The notes below the pieces were generated by a model. The model saw only the letters and a program-made list of their open reading frames with translations, ran no database searches and had not been told where the DNA came from. The position numbers and the translations under genes were made by a program. From an uncultured Micavibrio sp. (GTDB taxonomy: Bacteria; Pseudomonadota; Alphaproteobacteria; Micavibrionales; UBA2020): a DNA stretch of 64,000 nt. Below are positions 28,245 through 38,889 of the stretch, piece by piece (the first letter of the stretch is position 1; the number at the start of each line of letters is the position of its first letter). The stretch covers positions 79,565-143,564 of the forward strand of contig CAZKBS010000001.1 in assembly GCA_964551435.1 (NCBI GenBank), written 5' to 3'.

Positions 28245-29474
28245 ATGAGCAAGATTAAAGTCAAAACCCCCGTCGTCGAGATGAACGGCGATGAAATGAC
28301 CCGCATCATCTGGGACATGATTATCGACCGTATGATTAAGCCGTATCTCGATATCGATCTCAAATCCTATGACCTGTCGATTCAATCGCGTGACGCCACC
28401 AACGACCAGATCACGGTTGACGCCGCCAACGCCATCAAACAATACGGCGTCGGCATCAAATGCGCGACCATCACCCCCGACGAAGCGCGCGTCGAGGAAT
28501 TCAAGCTCAAGAAAATGTGGAAATCGCCGAACGGCACCATCCGCAATATCCTGAACGGCACCGTGTTCCGCGAGCCGATCATTTGCAAAAACATTCCGCG
28601 TCTGGTCACCACATGGACGAAGCCGATTGTTGTGGGCCGTCATGCGTTCGGCGACCAGTACAAGGCGACCGACGTCAAAATTCTCGGCCGCGGCAAGCTG
28701 ACCATGACCTTCACGCCCGATAACGACGGCACGCCCGAAACATGGGAAGTGTATGATTTCGCCAAAGGCGGCGGTGTCGCCATGGGCATGTATAACACCG
28801 ATGAATCCATCGCGGGTTTCGCGCGCAGCTGCTTCAACTACGGCCTTGCCCGCGGCTATCCGGTGTACCTGTCGACCAAGAACACCATCCTCAAAGCCTA
28901 TGACGGCCGCTTCAAGGATATTTTCCAGGAAATTTTCGATGCGGAATTCAAGGCGAAATTCGATGCCGCAGGACTTGTCTACGAACATCGCCTGATCGAC
29001 GACATGGTCGCCTCCGCCCTGAAATGGGAAGGCGGTTTCCTCTGGGCTTGCAAAAACTACGACGGCGACGTGCAGTCCGACAGCGTCGCGCAGGGTTTCG
29101 GCTCGCTCGGCCTTATGACGTCGGTGCTGCTGACGCCCGACGGCAAAACGGTTGAAACCGAAGCCGCGCACGGCACCGTCACGCGCCACTACCGCCTGCA
29201 CCAGCAGGGCAAGCCGACATCGACCAACCCCATCGCGTCTATTTTCGCATGGACGCAGGGCCTGAAATACCGCGGCCAGTTTGACGGCACGCCGGATGTC
29301 ATCGCCTTCGCCGAAACGCTGGAGCGTGTGTGCATCGACACCGTCGAAAGCGGCGACATGACCAAGGACCTCGCGCTGCTGGTCGGGCCGGAGCAAAAAC
29401 ACCTGACGACGGAGCAATTCCTCGACAAGCTCATCGCCAACCTTGATCGCGCCATGCAGAAAAAAGCGGCATAA
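28245..29474 (+). CDS. icd: NADP-dependent isocitrate dehydrogenase (about 405-aa eukaryote-like type)
   Basis: [23 protein letters not shown]...[41 protein letters not shown]. Confidence 0.93.
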   Translation: MSKIKVKTPVVEMNGDEMTRIIWDMIIDRMIKPYLDIDLKSYDLSIQSRDATNDQITVDAANAIKQYGVGIKCATITPDEARVEEFKLKKMWKSPNGTIRNILNGTVFREPIICKNIPRLVTTWTKPIVVGRHAFGDQYKATDVKILGRGKLTMTFTPDNDGTPETWEVYDFAKGGGVAMGMYNTDESIAGFARSCFNYGLARGYPVYLSTKNTILKAYDGRFKDIFQEIFDAEFKAKFDAAGLVYEHRLIDDMVASALKWEGGFLWACKNYDGDVQSDSVAQGFGSLGLMTSVLLTPDGKTVETEAAHGTVTRHYRLHQQGKPTSTNPIASIFAWTQGLKYRGQFDGTPDVIAFAETLERVCIDTVESGDMTKDLALLVGPEQKHLTTEQFLDKLIANLDRAMQKKAA

Positions 29475-29530
29475 AAAAACGCATAAAGCCAAAAGCCGCA
29501 CAGGTTGATTGCTTTATTGCCTGTATAAAA

Positions 29531-29561
29531 ACCCGATGCTACGCTGGCATCGGGTTTTTTA
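29531..29561 (+). terminator. Rho-independent terminator after icd
   Basis: ACCCGATGC-tacgctg-GCATCGGGT followed by ttttttat. Confidence 0.8.
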
Positions 29562-29585
29562 TTGGATTTGAATGGGGGTTACGTC

Positions 29586-30608
29586 ATGCGTCTGCCGGTT
29601 CTTTTTATGTGCTTTGCGTTTCTGCTGCCCACTGTACCCGCCGTTTTTGCAGGCGAGGCGCCGGCAAAAGCAGCTGTCGACATGACCGCGTTTTACAAAC
29701 CGGGCATGGGGCCCTATAAAGACATTTCCAAGTTCGACGGCCAGCTGAGCATGCCCGGACGCCGCACGGCGCTGCAATACCGCGCAACCTTCAGCCGCAG
29801 TGCGCAGAACATGCCCGTGATTGTCTGGTCCCACGGCGCGTTTGGCAGCCATACCGCCTATGTGCCGCTGGCGGAATATTGGGCCAGCCATGGCTATCTG
29901 GTCTTGCAGCCAACCCACAGCGATTCCATGCGCGAAGGCACAAAGCCGAATGTCAAAAACCCGCTGGTGTTCAAGGATTGGGACGACCGCCCGCGCGAAG
30001 TGTCTTATTTGATTGACCAGCTGCAAAACCTGCAAACGCTGATCCCCGCCATCAAGGGACGCGTGGATGCCGGTAAAATCGGTATCGGCGGCCATTCATT
30101 CGGCGCGCATACAACCCAGCTGCTGGCGGGCATGCAAGTCAAACGCTTCATGGGCGGCGGGGAGCGCTATGATTTCCTTGAAAAACGCGCACAGGCTTTT
30201 GTCATCGTTTCGCCGCAAGGCACCAGCAACCAAATTGATGCCGCCGCACTGTCCAAAATGGACGCGCCGTTTTTGATGATTACCGGCACCAACGACAACG
30301 CCGCCAATAACGGCAAGGATTATATATGGCGTCTGGAAGCGTGGAACCACGCACCCGCAGGGCCGAACCGCTATCTGCTGCTGATGCAGGGGGCGCATCA
30401 TGGCTTTGGCGGCATTTCGGGCGCGGTACGTTTTTCGGGCGCAGGCCCCGCCGACGCGGCGGAGGTGGAGGCTGTCCGCAGCAGCGCCCTTGCGCTGTTC
30501 GATGCGAAAGTGCGCGGCGATGCGGCCGCTGAAATGTGGCTGCTGGATGGCGAGATCAGCCGCGCCACAAAAGACGGCACGCGATTTACATGGCTAAGCA
30601 AGCAATAG
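29586..30608 (+). CDS. Secreted alpha/beta hydrolase (PAF-acetylhydrolase / dienelactone-hydrolase-like)
   Basis: Signal peptide MRLPVLFMCFAFLLPTVPAVFA. Nucleophile elbow GIGGHSFGAHT. Start moved past the icd terminator. Confidence 0.6.
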   Translation: MRLPVLFMCFAFLLPTVPAVFAGEAPAKAAVDMTAFYKPGMGPYKDISKFDGQLSMPGRRTALQYRATFSRSAQNMPVIVWSHGAFGSHTAYVPLAEYWASHGYLVLQPTHSDSMREGTKPNVKNPLVFKDWDDRPREVSYLIDQLQNLQTLIPAIKGRVDAGKIGIGGHSFGAHTTQLLAGMQVKRFMGGGERYDFLEKRAQAFVIVSPQGTSNQIDAAALSKMDAPFLMITGTNDNAANNGKDYIWRLEAWNHAPAGPNRYLLLMQGAHHGFGGISGAVRFSGAGPADAAEVEAVRSSALALFDAKVRGDAAAEMWLLDGEISRATKDGTRFTWLSKQ

Positions 30609-31570
30609 CCGTCCGCAAAGATATTCTAAAGTGGCTGCATCCTTTTATATATCTGGGCGCGGCAGCGGCGCTGCTGGGCAGTTTAATGCCGCATGCGCCG
30701 TTTTCTGTTTTGATCACTGATCTGCCCAGTCATTTTGTTGTTTATTACCTGCTGGGCAGCCTTGTGCTGGCGGTCTGCGCGGCGGCATTCCGGATGCACA
30801 GGCTTGTCTGGTTGCCGCTGGTCGCCGTGATGGCCCTGAATATCGCTGCCCTGATGCCCTATCTGCCTGCAGGAAAAATCCCCGCCGCCGCTGCGGAGAT
30901 TAAAATCCTGCAGGCGAATCTACTGTATCTGAATGGAAAGGCCGCATTGCTGCATCAGCTCATCGCGGCAGAAAATCCCGACATCATCGCACTGTCCGAA
31001 GTTAACGCGGATATGGCGCAAAGCCTTGAGAAAATCAAAAACGCTTATCCCTATCATTTGATAGAGCCGATGCAAAACGATGCACGCGGACTGGCGCTGC
31101 TATCGCGCATCCGGGCGGCATCGATGACGCGCGTCACTTTCGGGGATAGTACCGTGCCCGCACATCTTGCGCGGCTGGAAACGGCGCAAGGGCCGCTGAC
31201 GATTGTTTCCATCCATCCGCGCACACCGCTGCACGGACTGGCGCTGCGCGATGCCGATTTTGCGGCGCTGGCTGAAAAATTCCGTGACCGCGCCGATATG
31301 CCGCTGGTTATCACGGGCGATTTCAACGCAACGCCATGGTGCCCCGCGCTCAAGGGTCTGAAACGCAGTCTCGCCCTGCGCGATACGCGCGAGGGCCATG
31401 GCCTCAACGGCACATGGCCGGTCTGGCTGCCCGCACCGCTGCGCTTGCCGATCGACCATACGCTGGTGAGCGGCCACGTACAGGCGACCAGCCACCGTCT
31501 GGGTCCCGGCATAGGTTCTGACCACCTTCCCAGCCTGATAAGCATTACCTTGCGCCCAGCAAACCGTTGA
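30590..31570 (+). CDS. Membrane-anchored endonuclease/exonuclease/phosphatase (EEP) family protein
   Basis: Three N-terminal TM segments, then ILQANLLYLN...IIALSEVN...VITGDFNATPW...SDHLP. Confidence 0.7.
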   Translation: MAKQAIAVRKDILKWLHPFIYLGAAAALLGSLMPHAPFSVLITDLPSHFVVYYLLGSLVLAVCAAAFRMHRLVWLPLVAVMALNIAALMPYLPAGKIPAAAAEIKILQANLLYLNGKAALLHQLIAAENPDIIALSEVNADMAQSLEKIKNAYPYHLIEPMQNDARGLALLSRIRAASMTRVTFGDSTVPAHLARLETAQGPLTIVSIHPRTPLHGLALRDADFAALAEKFRDRADMPLVITGDFNATPWCPALKGLKRSLALRDTREGHGLNGTWPVWLPAPLRLPIDHTLVSGHVQATSHRLGPGIGSDHLPSLISITLRPANR

Positions 31571-31675
31571 TTTTGAAATGAATTCACGCTTTTTCTTTTG
31601 CGCGTGACTTTATGGCAAAAATGGATATGGTAATCGGATATTCAAAATTCCGATTCAGCTTGCAAGGAAGTCACC

Positions 31676-32566
31676 ATGGCCAGCAGCTACCCTTACGGTA
31701 AGAAACCCGAAAAAAAGCCCAGCAAATTCAGAAGCGCTTTTCTGAAAGTCACGCTGGCGGGGGTTTTGCTGAACGGCAGCTATCAATACTACGTGCCCGA
31801 ATCCGCCAAGGAAACACTGAGCGGCGCTGTCAACAGCGTCCTGCATGTGGATCAGGCGAAGGCCGCGATGGGCGGCGCGCCCGAAGCGGGCAAAATGAAT
31901 TTCGTATTCGAAAACCAGAACCAGCCCGCCATTCTGGGCGAGGCGACGAAGGGGGTTTTCTTTTCCCACACCAACATCATGGATGAATGGTACGCCGCGC
32001 AGGGCCGCCATAACCAGCTTTTGCAAAACAGCGATAACCGCGCATCGCTGCAGCTGTGGCTGATGCAGCTTGACAGCCTGAAAGGAAAATCGCTGGAAGA
32101 AAAGGCGCGCGGTGTCGATGCGCTGATCGACAGGCAAATCAAATACAGCCTCGATCCGCAAACCTACGGCAAGGAAGAATACTGGGCATCGCCGATGGAA
32201 ACGCTGCAGGCGGGCCGCGGCGATTGCGAAGATTTCGCCATTTTGAAATACCATGCCCTACGTTATCTGGGCGTGCCAGCTGATAAAATGTTCGTCGTCG
32301 CCGTCAGCAACAAGGGCGCAGGCCAGCTGGACCACGCGACGCTGATGGTCGATGTGCGCGAACCCGGCATTCTGACCCAAGCCTGGGAAGCCGCGAAAAG
32401 CAAAGTCACCGGAAAGCCGGCCGCCGCGCAATTCGTCATTCTGGACAACGACGGCAGCGAAGCGGGCAAGCTTGTGGAATCGCGCAGCAGCGATTACAAA
32501 CCCTATTACGCCATGAATGAAAAAGGCATCTGGGCGGTGCCCAGCAACAGCGGCCTGCACTGGTAA
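31676..32566 (+). CDS. Transglutaminase-like cysteine peptidase (BTLCP / LapG-type fold)
   Basis: GRGDCEDFAILKYHALRYLGVPADKMFVVAV...LDHATLMV (Cys-His-Asp arrangement). Confidence 0.7.
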   Translation: MASSYPYGKKPEKKPSKFRSAFLKVTLAGVLLNGSYQYYVPESAKETLSGAVNSVLHVDQAKAAMGGAPEAGKMNFVFENQNQPAILGEATKGVFFSHTNIMDEWYAAQGRHNQLLQNSDNRASLQLWLMQLDSLKGKSLEEKARGVDALIDRQIKYSLDPQTYGKEEYWASPMETLQAGRGDCEDFAILKYHALRYLGVPADKMFVVAVSNKGAGQLDHATLMVDVREPGILTQAWEAAKSKVTGKPAAAQFVILDNDGSEAGKLVESRSSDYKPYYAMNEKGIWAVPSNSGLHW

Positions 32567-32569
32567 AAC

Positions 32570-32800
32570 CTAGGGCGCGGACGGCGCGTCGGGCTTTTTT
32601 TCCATCGACGGCCAGCGCACATAGGCAAAAGCCCATATCATAACCGGCGCCAGAAACGGCACGATGACAAACAGCGCCCAATAAGGGTTGCGGCCCGCGC
32701 GCGCGGCAATCACTGCTGCGCTGGCCATCATCACAAAAATCGTCAGCCCGCCGACGAGATACGACAGCCATTCGGGAATAGCGGGGAACAGCGCGCTCAT
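32570..32800 (-). CDS. Small membrane protein
   Basis: 76 aa with two TM segments. Start set at the ATGA overlap with the upstream gene. Confidence 0.45.
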   Translation of the reverse strand: MSALFPAIPEWLSYLVGGLTIFVMMASAAVIAARAGRNPYWALFVIVPFLAPVMIWAFAYVRWPSMEKKPDAPSAP

Positions 32801-33051
32801 GCCGCACCGCCCGTTTCGTGCCGCGCGCGCTTGACGCGCGCCGGCTGCGGCGGCAGATGCGGCCATTTACGCAGCGCCATCAGCAGCATCATAAACGCAA
32901 ACCCCATCAACGGCACGAACAGCAGCAGCGCACACAGCGCAGGCAGCCCCATGCGTTTCAGTACCCGCAGCACCGGCCAGACGCACAAAACAGCGGCTAG
33001 GTAGTATTGCGCCAGCGCCGATTGCTGCAAAAGCGCGATGAATTCTGTCAT
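32797..33051 (-). CDS. Small membrane protein
   Basis: 84 aa with two to three TM segments. ATGA overlap with the ctaA stop. Confidence 0.45.
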   Translation of the reverse strand: MTEFIALLQQSALAQYYLAAVLCVWPVLRVLKRMGLPALCALLLFVPLMGFAFMMLLMALRKWPHLPPQPARVKRARHETGGAA

Positions 33052-34103
33052 GAACGGCTCCGGATATCGGGGATTTCAAACAACAGCCAGATCAGCACGC
33101 TGAGCACCACCAGCGCCCCGCCCTGATGAATAGCGCCCAGCGCGACAGGCACCGCATGCAAAAGCGTGGCGATGCCCAGCCCCGCCTGTGCCAGCAGCAC
33201 CCACGGCAAAGCCTTGAACAGCGTACCCGCGCGGCCCTGCACGTTGAAACCGCGCGCGCGTTTGTAAAGCCAAAGGCCCGAAAGCACCGTCAGCACCGCC
33301 AGTACGCGGTGCGTGAACTGCACGGTTGCAGGCTCTTCGATAAAGGCTTTCCAAAGCGGCTTATGCGCCCATAGCTCGGGCGGCAGCCAATGCGCATCCA
33401 TCATCGGAAAGGTGTTATAAAGAAGCCCCGCGCGCAGACCCGCGACAAACGCGCCCCAGATCATGGTCAGCACCGCAAGTCCCAGCACGATTTTGATGCC
33501 GCCGCGCAAGGCCGTCGCGCGTCCCGCATCGGGATCGGGCCGGCAGCTGAACGCCAGCGCCATGCGCAGCATGCAGGCGTAAATCAGAAAAGCCAGCATC
33601 AAATGCGCCGCCAGACGGTAATGGCTGACTGCGGGCTGGTCGACCAGACCGCTTTTGACCATCAGCCAGCCCATCAGCCCTTGCGCAAAACCCAGCGCGA
33701 GAATACCCAGCAGCGCCGGTTTCGCCTCCGCCGGAATGCGTCCGCGCAGCCAGAAAAACGCCAGCGGCACGGCGTAGATAAGACCGATCATACGGCCCCA
33801 CAGACGGTGCAGCCATTCCCAGAAATAAATGTCCTTAAATTCCGAAAGGCTCATGCCGCGATTGACCTTCAGGTACTGCGGCGTTTGTTTATAAAGATCA
33901 AACTCGCGCTGCCAGTCGGCGGCATTCAGCGGCGGCAGCGCCCCTTTGATCGGCGCCCACTCCACAATCGACAGGCCGGATTCGGTCAGGCGCGTCACGG
34001 CCCCGATCAGCGCCATCAAAAATACCGATGCCGCACAGATAAAAAGCCATGTGGCAATCGCACGGCTGGAATCTTTCTGGAGAGAGGAAGCGGCGGCTGT
34101 CAT
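33048..34103 (-). CDS. ctaA: Heme A synthase (COX15/CtaA)
   Basis: GAVTRLTESGLSIVEWAPIKGALPPLNAADWQREFDLYKQTPQY...FWEWLHRLWGR. Confidence 0.9.
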   Translation of the reverse strand: MTAAASSLQKDSSRAIATWLFICAASVFLMALIGAVTRLTESGLSIVEWAPIKGALPPLNAADWQREFDLYKQTPQYLKVNRGMSLSEFKDIYFWEWLHRLWGRMIGLIYAVPLAFFWLRGRIPAEAKPALLGILALGFAQGLMGWLMVKSGLVDQPAVSHYRLAAHLMLAFLIYACMLRMALAFSCRPDPDAGRATALRGGIKIVLGLAVLTMIWGAFVAGLRAGLLYNTFPMMDAHWLPPELWAHKPLWKAFIEEPATVQFTHRVLAVLTVLSGLWLYKRARGFNVQGRAGTLFKALPWVLLAQAGLGIATLLHAVPVALGAIHQGGALVVLSVLIWLLFEIPDIRSRS

Positions 34104-34104
34104 A

Positions 34105-34929
34105 TCAAAGGCTCATAAACATACGGACGGAAACAATCACCAATACCACCGCAAACACGCGGCGCAGCATCGCGCGCGGCATGTTGTGCGACAGGCGGAC
34201 ACCCACCGGCGCCAGCAACATGGAAGATGGGATGATCATGCCCACGGTCAAGAGGTTGACATAGCCAATCGACCACGGCGGCAGGGTATCGCTGACCAGC
34301 ATGCCCGATACCATATAGCTGATAACTCCCGGCACGGCCACAGCCACGCCCAGCGCCGCCCCCGTCCCCACCGCGCGCGGCATGGGAAGGCCGATGCAGG
34401 TCATCAGCGGCACCGTCAAAATCGCCCCACCGACGCCCAGCATGGCCGAAATCACGCCAATCACCGCCGCCACGCCCTTTTGCACCTTTTCGGTCAAAAA
34501 ACGCAGCGGCTTGGGCTCCGCCTTGTCCTTGGAAAACGCCATATAGGCGGCAATCAGCAAGGTCATGCAGGCGAAGATTTCTTTCAGAACGATGCTTTTG
34601 ACGCTGGAGGCGAGCATCGCGCCCAGAATAACCCCGACCACAATCGCCGGACCCCAGCCGCGCACGATGGCGATATCCACCCCGCCGCGTTTGTAGTGGC
34701 TGAATGCGGACATGCTGCCCGTGGCCATAACCACCGCAAGCGAGGAGCCGATGGCAATATGCATCGCATGGTCTTCGCTAAAACCAAGGGAGGAGAGGGA
34801 GAAAAACAGGGCAGGCACAAAAATAATGCCCCCGCCCACGCCCAAAAGCCCCGACAAAAAACCGCCCACGCAACCGATTGCCAAGAGCAGCATAATCAGT
34901 TCAGCGGGGATCATCGAAGTGTCGGCCAT
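34105..34929 (-). CDS. TauE/SafE (DUF81) family anion exporter
   Basis: GLLGVGGGIIFVPAL and a second MLGVGGAILTVPLM repeat. Polytopic. Confidence 0.75.
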   Translation of the reverse strand: MADTSMIPAELIMLLLAIGCVGGFLSGLLGVGGGIIFVPALFFSLSSLGFSEDHAMHIAIGSSLAVVMATGSMSAFSHYKRGGVDIAIVRGWGPAIVVGVILGAMLASSVKSIVLKEIFACMTLLIAAYMAFSKDKAEPKPLRFLTEKVQKGVAAVIGVISAMLGVGGAILTVPLMTCIGLPMPRAVGTGAALGVAVAVPGVISYMVSGMLVSDTLPPWSIGYVNLLTVGMIIPSSMLLAPVGVRLSHNMPRAMLRRVFAVVLVIVSVRMFMSL

Positions 34930-35049
34930 GATGCTTTCTGCAGCGGGAAGGTTAGTTTTCGTAACTCGGATATGAGTCGTTTAAACTATACGCTTTCCGC
35001 GCCGGCGAAACAACACGCGAAGCCTGTTTATTTTTGCCGTTCAGGTCAA

Positions 35050-35910
35050 TTATGCCGCCGCTTTGTAATCCAGCCCGACATCGAAATTGGGGGCGCTGTG
35101 GGTGATCGCGCCGGAGGAAATCAAATCCACGCCCGTCGCGGCAATTTCGGGGATGCGGGCAAGAGTAACGCCGCCCGATGCCTCCACAACCGCGCGGCCG
35201 CCGACCATGGCCACGGCCTGTTTCATCTGCTCGCTTGTCATGTTGTCGAGCATGACGATATCCACGCCTTCGTCCAGCACTTCGGCCAGCTGGTCGAGCG
35301 TATCGACTTCAACCTCGATTTTGACGGTATGGCCGATATGCGCCTTGGCGTTGCGGATGGCATTGCGCACACCGCCCGACATGGCGATGTGGTTGTCCTT
35401 GATCAGCACGGCATCATCAAGGCCGTAGCGGTGCGGGATACCGCCGCCAATCATCACGGCATATTTCTGCACGGCGCGCAGCCCCGGCAGGGTTTTGCGC
35501 GTCGCGGCGATTTTTGCCTTGTGATTGCCGACGGCACGTACCATTTTCAGCGTGAGTGTCGCGATGCCCGACATGTGGCCCATGAAATTGAGCGCCACAC
35601 GCTCCGCCGTCAGAATAGACCGCGCGCGGCCTTCGACTTTCATCACCTCGTCGCCTTTCTTGACGTCCGCGCCTTCGCGGATCAGACGGGTGATTCTAAG
35701 GTTGTCATCGACCATGCGAAACGCTGCCTCGGCGATATCAAGGCCGGCGATGCGGCCCTCTTCACGCGCCGCAATCACCACGCAGGCACGCGCCGATTCA
35801 GGCACCGTGCTGTCGGATGTGATATCGCCCGCGCGGCCCAGATCTTCGGCCAGCGCCATGCGCACAAGGGGGTCGATGATGAAGGGGGACAGGGGGGCGA
35901 CGCCGGTCAT
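35050..35910 (-). CDS. nadC: Nicotinate-nucleotide pyrophosphorylase (quinolinate PRTase)
   Basis: ALAEDLGRAGDITS...RKTLPGLR...DNHI...MLDNM. Start at the ATGA overlap with the nadB stop. Confidence 0.9.
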   Translation of the reverse strand: MTGVAPLSPFIIDPLVRMALAEDLGRAGDITSDSTVPESARACVVIAAREEGRIAGLDIAEAAFRMVDDNLRITRLIREGADVKKGDEVMKVEGRARSILTAERVALNFMGHMSGIATLTLKMVRAVGNHKAKIAATRKTLPGLRAVQKYAVMIGGGIPHRYGLDDAVLIKDNHIAMSGGVRNAIRNAKAHIGHTVKIEVEVDTLDQLAEVLDEGVDIVMLDNMTSEQMKQAVAMVGGRAVVEASGGVTLARIPEIAATGVDLISSGAITHSAPNFDVGLDYKAAA

Positions 35911-37559
35911 GCGACTTTCTCCGTTTGGGTGTTTTGCAGCGCGGCAGGCACAGCGACAAGGCTGGCGGCAACCGCTTCGGTTTCCTTGAGCGTGACAAAG
36001 CTGCGTTTTTGCAGGGCGCGCACGGCTTGCGGATAATCGCTGCGGCAATGGCCGCCGCGGCTTTCGCGGCGCATCAGCGCCGATACCGCAATCATACGGC
36101 AGAGAAGCGCCATATCGGCCGTGCGGGCATCGCGTGTTTCGGCAGCAGCGCCAAGGCGCATGAAATCACGGATAGCCGCCGTCAGGCCCGCTTCGCTGCG
36201 GATGACGCCGACCAGCTCGCTCATGATATGGCGCAGGATATCACGCTCGACCACCGGTTCTTTGGCGACAGGCAGCAGACGCACGTCGGTCAAATCGGCT
36301 TTGGGCGCAGCGGTTTTGCCTGCAATCGCCACAGCGATATCTTCGGCGGCACGCGCGCCCATCACAACGGCTTCCATCAGCGAGTTGCTGGCAAGGCGGT
36401 TCGCGCCGTGCAGTCCGGTGGCCGCGCATTCACCCGCCGCCCACAGGCCCGTAAGACTGCTGCGGCCGTTCAGATCAGTGGCGATACCGCCCATGTGGTA
36501 ATGCACCGCCGGCATGACGGGGATAAGGTCGCGCTGCGGGTTCAGACCTGCACGGCCCGCAGCGGAAATCAGCGCGGGGAAATGTGCGGTATCGATGTGG
36601 CGGCAATCCAGATACACTTTCTGGCCTTTTTGCATTTGCGCGAAAATACCGCGGCTGACCACGTCGCGCGGCGCCAGCTCGCCCGCCTCGTGGTAATCCA
36701 GCATGAAACGCTCGCCGCGGCTATTCAGCAAATAAGCGCCTTCGCCGCGCAGCGCTTCGGTCGCGAGCGGCGCGGGGTCTTCGCCGATATCCAGCGCCGT
36801 CGGGTGGAATTGCACGAATTCAAGGTCAGACAGCACAGCACCCGCGCGCGCCGCCATGGCGACACCACGGCCAATCGCATGCAGCGGGTTGGTGGTCGCG
36901 GCAAACAAACCGCCGACCCCGCCCGTGGCCAGCAAAACAGCCTTGCTCAGAAAAACAACCGGTGCGTTATCGTCCAGACGGCGGGTCAGCACACCGCTGA
37001 CGGCGCCCGTGCGCTCGCCGCCTTCGCGCAGCAAACGCTCTGCCGATACGCCGGCAACGAATTCGATATCCGGCGTCTGGCGCACGGCTTCGCTGAGCGC
37101 GCGCATCAATTCTGCCCCGAAGCCATCGGCCGCAGCGGCTTTGAGCACGCGGCGGCAGGCATGGCAGGCTTCGCGGTTGAGGCGGTAGGCGCCTTCTTCA
37201 TCACGCTCGAAGCGCACGCCGTATCTGGCCAAGATTTCGATATATTGCGGCGCGGCCTCGACCAGCGTTTTAACCGCCATGATATCCGCCGTGCCCGCCG
37301 CCGCTTTCAGCGTATCGGCAATGTGGTTGTCGGTGGTATCTTCGGGTGCCACAACCGCGGCGATGCCGCCCTGCGCCCAGGCGCTGGCGCATACGCCGCC
37401 CAGCTGTTTTTCACTAAGAACGATGATGCGCGTTTTCTTGCCGTCCGCCTGTTTATCCGCGGCTAGGGTCAGCGCCGCGAAAAGCCCCGCCGCGCCGGAG
37501 CCAACGATGACAACATCGGCCGTTCTGGTTTCAATACTTGCGGTTTTCTGGGTGGTCAT
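35907..37559 (-). CDS. nadB: L-aspartate oxidase
   Basis: FAD motif VVIVGSGAAGLFAAL. Also HYHMGGI and GLWAAGECAATGLHGANRLASNSL. Confidence 0.92.
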   Translation of the reverse strand: MTTQKTASIETRTADVVIVGSGAAGLFAALTLAADKQADGKKTRIIVLSEKQLGGVCASAWAQGGIAAVVAPEDTTDNHIADTLKAAAGTADIMAVKTLVEAAPQYIEILARYGVRFERDEEGAYRLNREACHACRRVLKAAAADGFGAELMRALSEAVRQTPDIEFVAGVSAERLLREGGERTGAVSGVLTRRLDDNAPVVFLSKAVLLATGGVGGLFAATTNPLHAIGRGVAMAARAGAVLSDLEFVQFHPTALDIGEDPAPLATEALRGEGAYLLNSRGERFMLDYHEAGELAPRDVVSRGIFAQMQKGQKVYLDCRHIDTAHFPALISAAGRAGLNPQRDLIPVMPAVHYHMGGIATDLNGRSSLTGLWAAGECAATGLHGANRLASNSLMEAVVMGARAAEDIAVAIAGKTAAPKADLTDVRLLPVAKEPVVERDILRHIMSELVGVIRSEAGLTAAIRDFMRLGAAAETRDARTADMALLCRMIAVSALMRRESRGGHCRSDYPQAVRALQKRSFVTLKETEAVAASLVAVPAALQNTQTEKVA

Positions 37560-37596
37560 GGTTCACATCCTCCGGCCTTTACCGGTTTTTCAGTGG

Positions 37597-38619
37597 TTAG
37601 ATTTTCACGGCCAGCATGCGTTCAACTGCTGCGCGGGCGCGATCGGCGACGGCAGCATCAACGTGCACTTCGGTGGTGCGCGTTTGCAGGCTTTTCAAAA
37701 TTGCCGGCAGGGTGATGCGCTGCATGTGCGGGCAGAGATTGCAGGGTCGCACGAATTTCACATCGGGGTTCGCGGCCTGCAGGTTGTCGGACATGGAGCA
37801 TTCGGTAATCAGCACCACGCGGCTCGGACGTTTATCGGTAACGTAATCGGCCATGGCTTTGGTCGAACCTGCAAAATCGCATTCGGCGACAACTTCGGGC
37901 GGGCATTCGGGGTGACCCAGAACCACTGCATCCGGCCATGCCTTGCGCATTTTTTTGATGTCGGCGGAGGTGAATTTTTCATGCACCTCGCAGGCGCCTT
38001 CCCAGGTCAGGATTTTCTTTTTGGTTTGTTTGGCGATGTTGCGCGCCAGATATTTGTCGGGGATCATCAAAACCTGATCTTGCGGCAGGCTTTCGACGAT
38101 TTTCAGCGCATTGGACGACGTGCAGCAGATATCCGACTCTGCCTTCACATCGGCCGACGTATTGACGTAGGTCACAATCGGCGTATTCGGATATTTTTCA
38201 CGCAGCAGGCGTACATCCGCCCCCGTGATGGAGGAGGCGAGCGAGCAGCCCGCGCGCATATCGGGGATAAGCACGGTTTTTTGCGGGCTCAGGATTTTCG
38301 AGGTTTCGGCCATGAAGTGAACACCCGCCTGTACAATCAGGTCGGCTTCGGTCTTGGCCGCTTGCTGCGCCAGTTGCAAGCTGTCGCCTGCGAAGTCCGA
38401 CACGCAATGGAAAATTTCCGGCGTCATATAGTTATGCGCCAGAATGACCGCGCCCATGTCACGCTTCAGGCGGTTGATTTCGAGGATGTAGGGGGCGTGC
38501 ACGCTCCAGTCCAGTTCGTTCACCACGTTCTTCACGCGTTCGTACAGCGGCGCGGTTTCGCGCGCGACGGCGGGCGTGAATTTCAAATCGGCTTCGGGAC
38601 GGATGACGGTATCGAACAT
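37597..38619 (-). CDS. nadA: Quinolinate synthase
   Basis: [11 protein letters not shown]...GDSLQLA...[11 protein letters not shown]...CPHM. Start could be 38619 or 38637. Confidence 0.9.
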   Translation of the reverse strand: MFDTVIRPEADLKFTPAVARETAPLYERVKNVVNELDWSVHAPYILEINRLKRDMGAVILAHNYMTPEIFHCVSDFAGDSLQLAQQAAKTEADLIVQAGVHFMAETSKILSPQKTVLIPDMRAGCSLASSITGADVRLLREKYPNTPIVTYVNTSADVKAESDICCTSSNALKIVESLPQDQVLMIPDKYLARNIAKQTKKKILTWEGACEVHEKFTSADIKKMRKAWPDAVVLGHPECPPEVVAECDFAGSTKAMADYVTDKRPSRVVLITECSMSDNLQAANPDVKFVRPCNLCPHMQRITLPAILKSLQTRTTEVHVDAAVADRARAAVERMLAVKI

Positions 38620-38665
38620 TCTTTTTCTCCTTGGCACCGCGGTGTGTTGTTTGACGGCGTTTTGC

Positions 38666-38768
38666 TCTCTATGAGCATTTTATATACTCTATTAGAGCAT
38701 AAGTAAAGGTATTTATCAATAAAATGAGTATAAGTATTTTATTGTTATATTACAGATAGATAAATCAT
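38666..38768 (-). promoter_or_regulatory. AT-rich promoter/operator region upstream of nadA, with repeated half-sites
   Basis: About 100-nt AT-rich island in a GC-rich genome. Contains TATGAGCAT ... TTAGAGCAT and the palindrome CTCTAtTAGAG. Candidate NadQ operator. Confidence 0.4.
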
Positions 38769-38889
38769 GGCCGCGCCTGCAAAACCAGCGCCAAAACATG
38801 TCCCCTGCCCCCAACAGGTGCGAATCATAGAGAAAGCGCGCGGGCGCCCCGCCTTTGACCTATGAAAAACGCTTTGCTAGAGTGCGCGC

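Noticed and set aside
27456-29501. 681-aa minus-strand ORF
   Set aside because: It is antisense to icd and the Sel1 gene. icd homology is unambiguous, so this is a shadow frame.
33946-36036. 696-aa plus-strand ORF. Similar long ORFs occur at 8298-9779 (-), 15454-17016 (-), 35925-37466 (+), 37279-38706 (+), 46141-47610 (-), 48914-50497 (+), 52112-53725 (+), 55104-56513 (+) and 59536-60717 (+).
   Set aside because: All are antisense to genes supported by strong motifs or paralogy. All have His/Arg/Gly/Ala-rich low-complexity translations. They are the expected artefact of a GC-rich genome.
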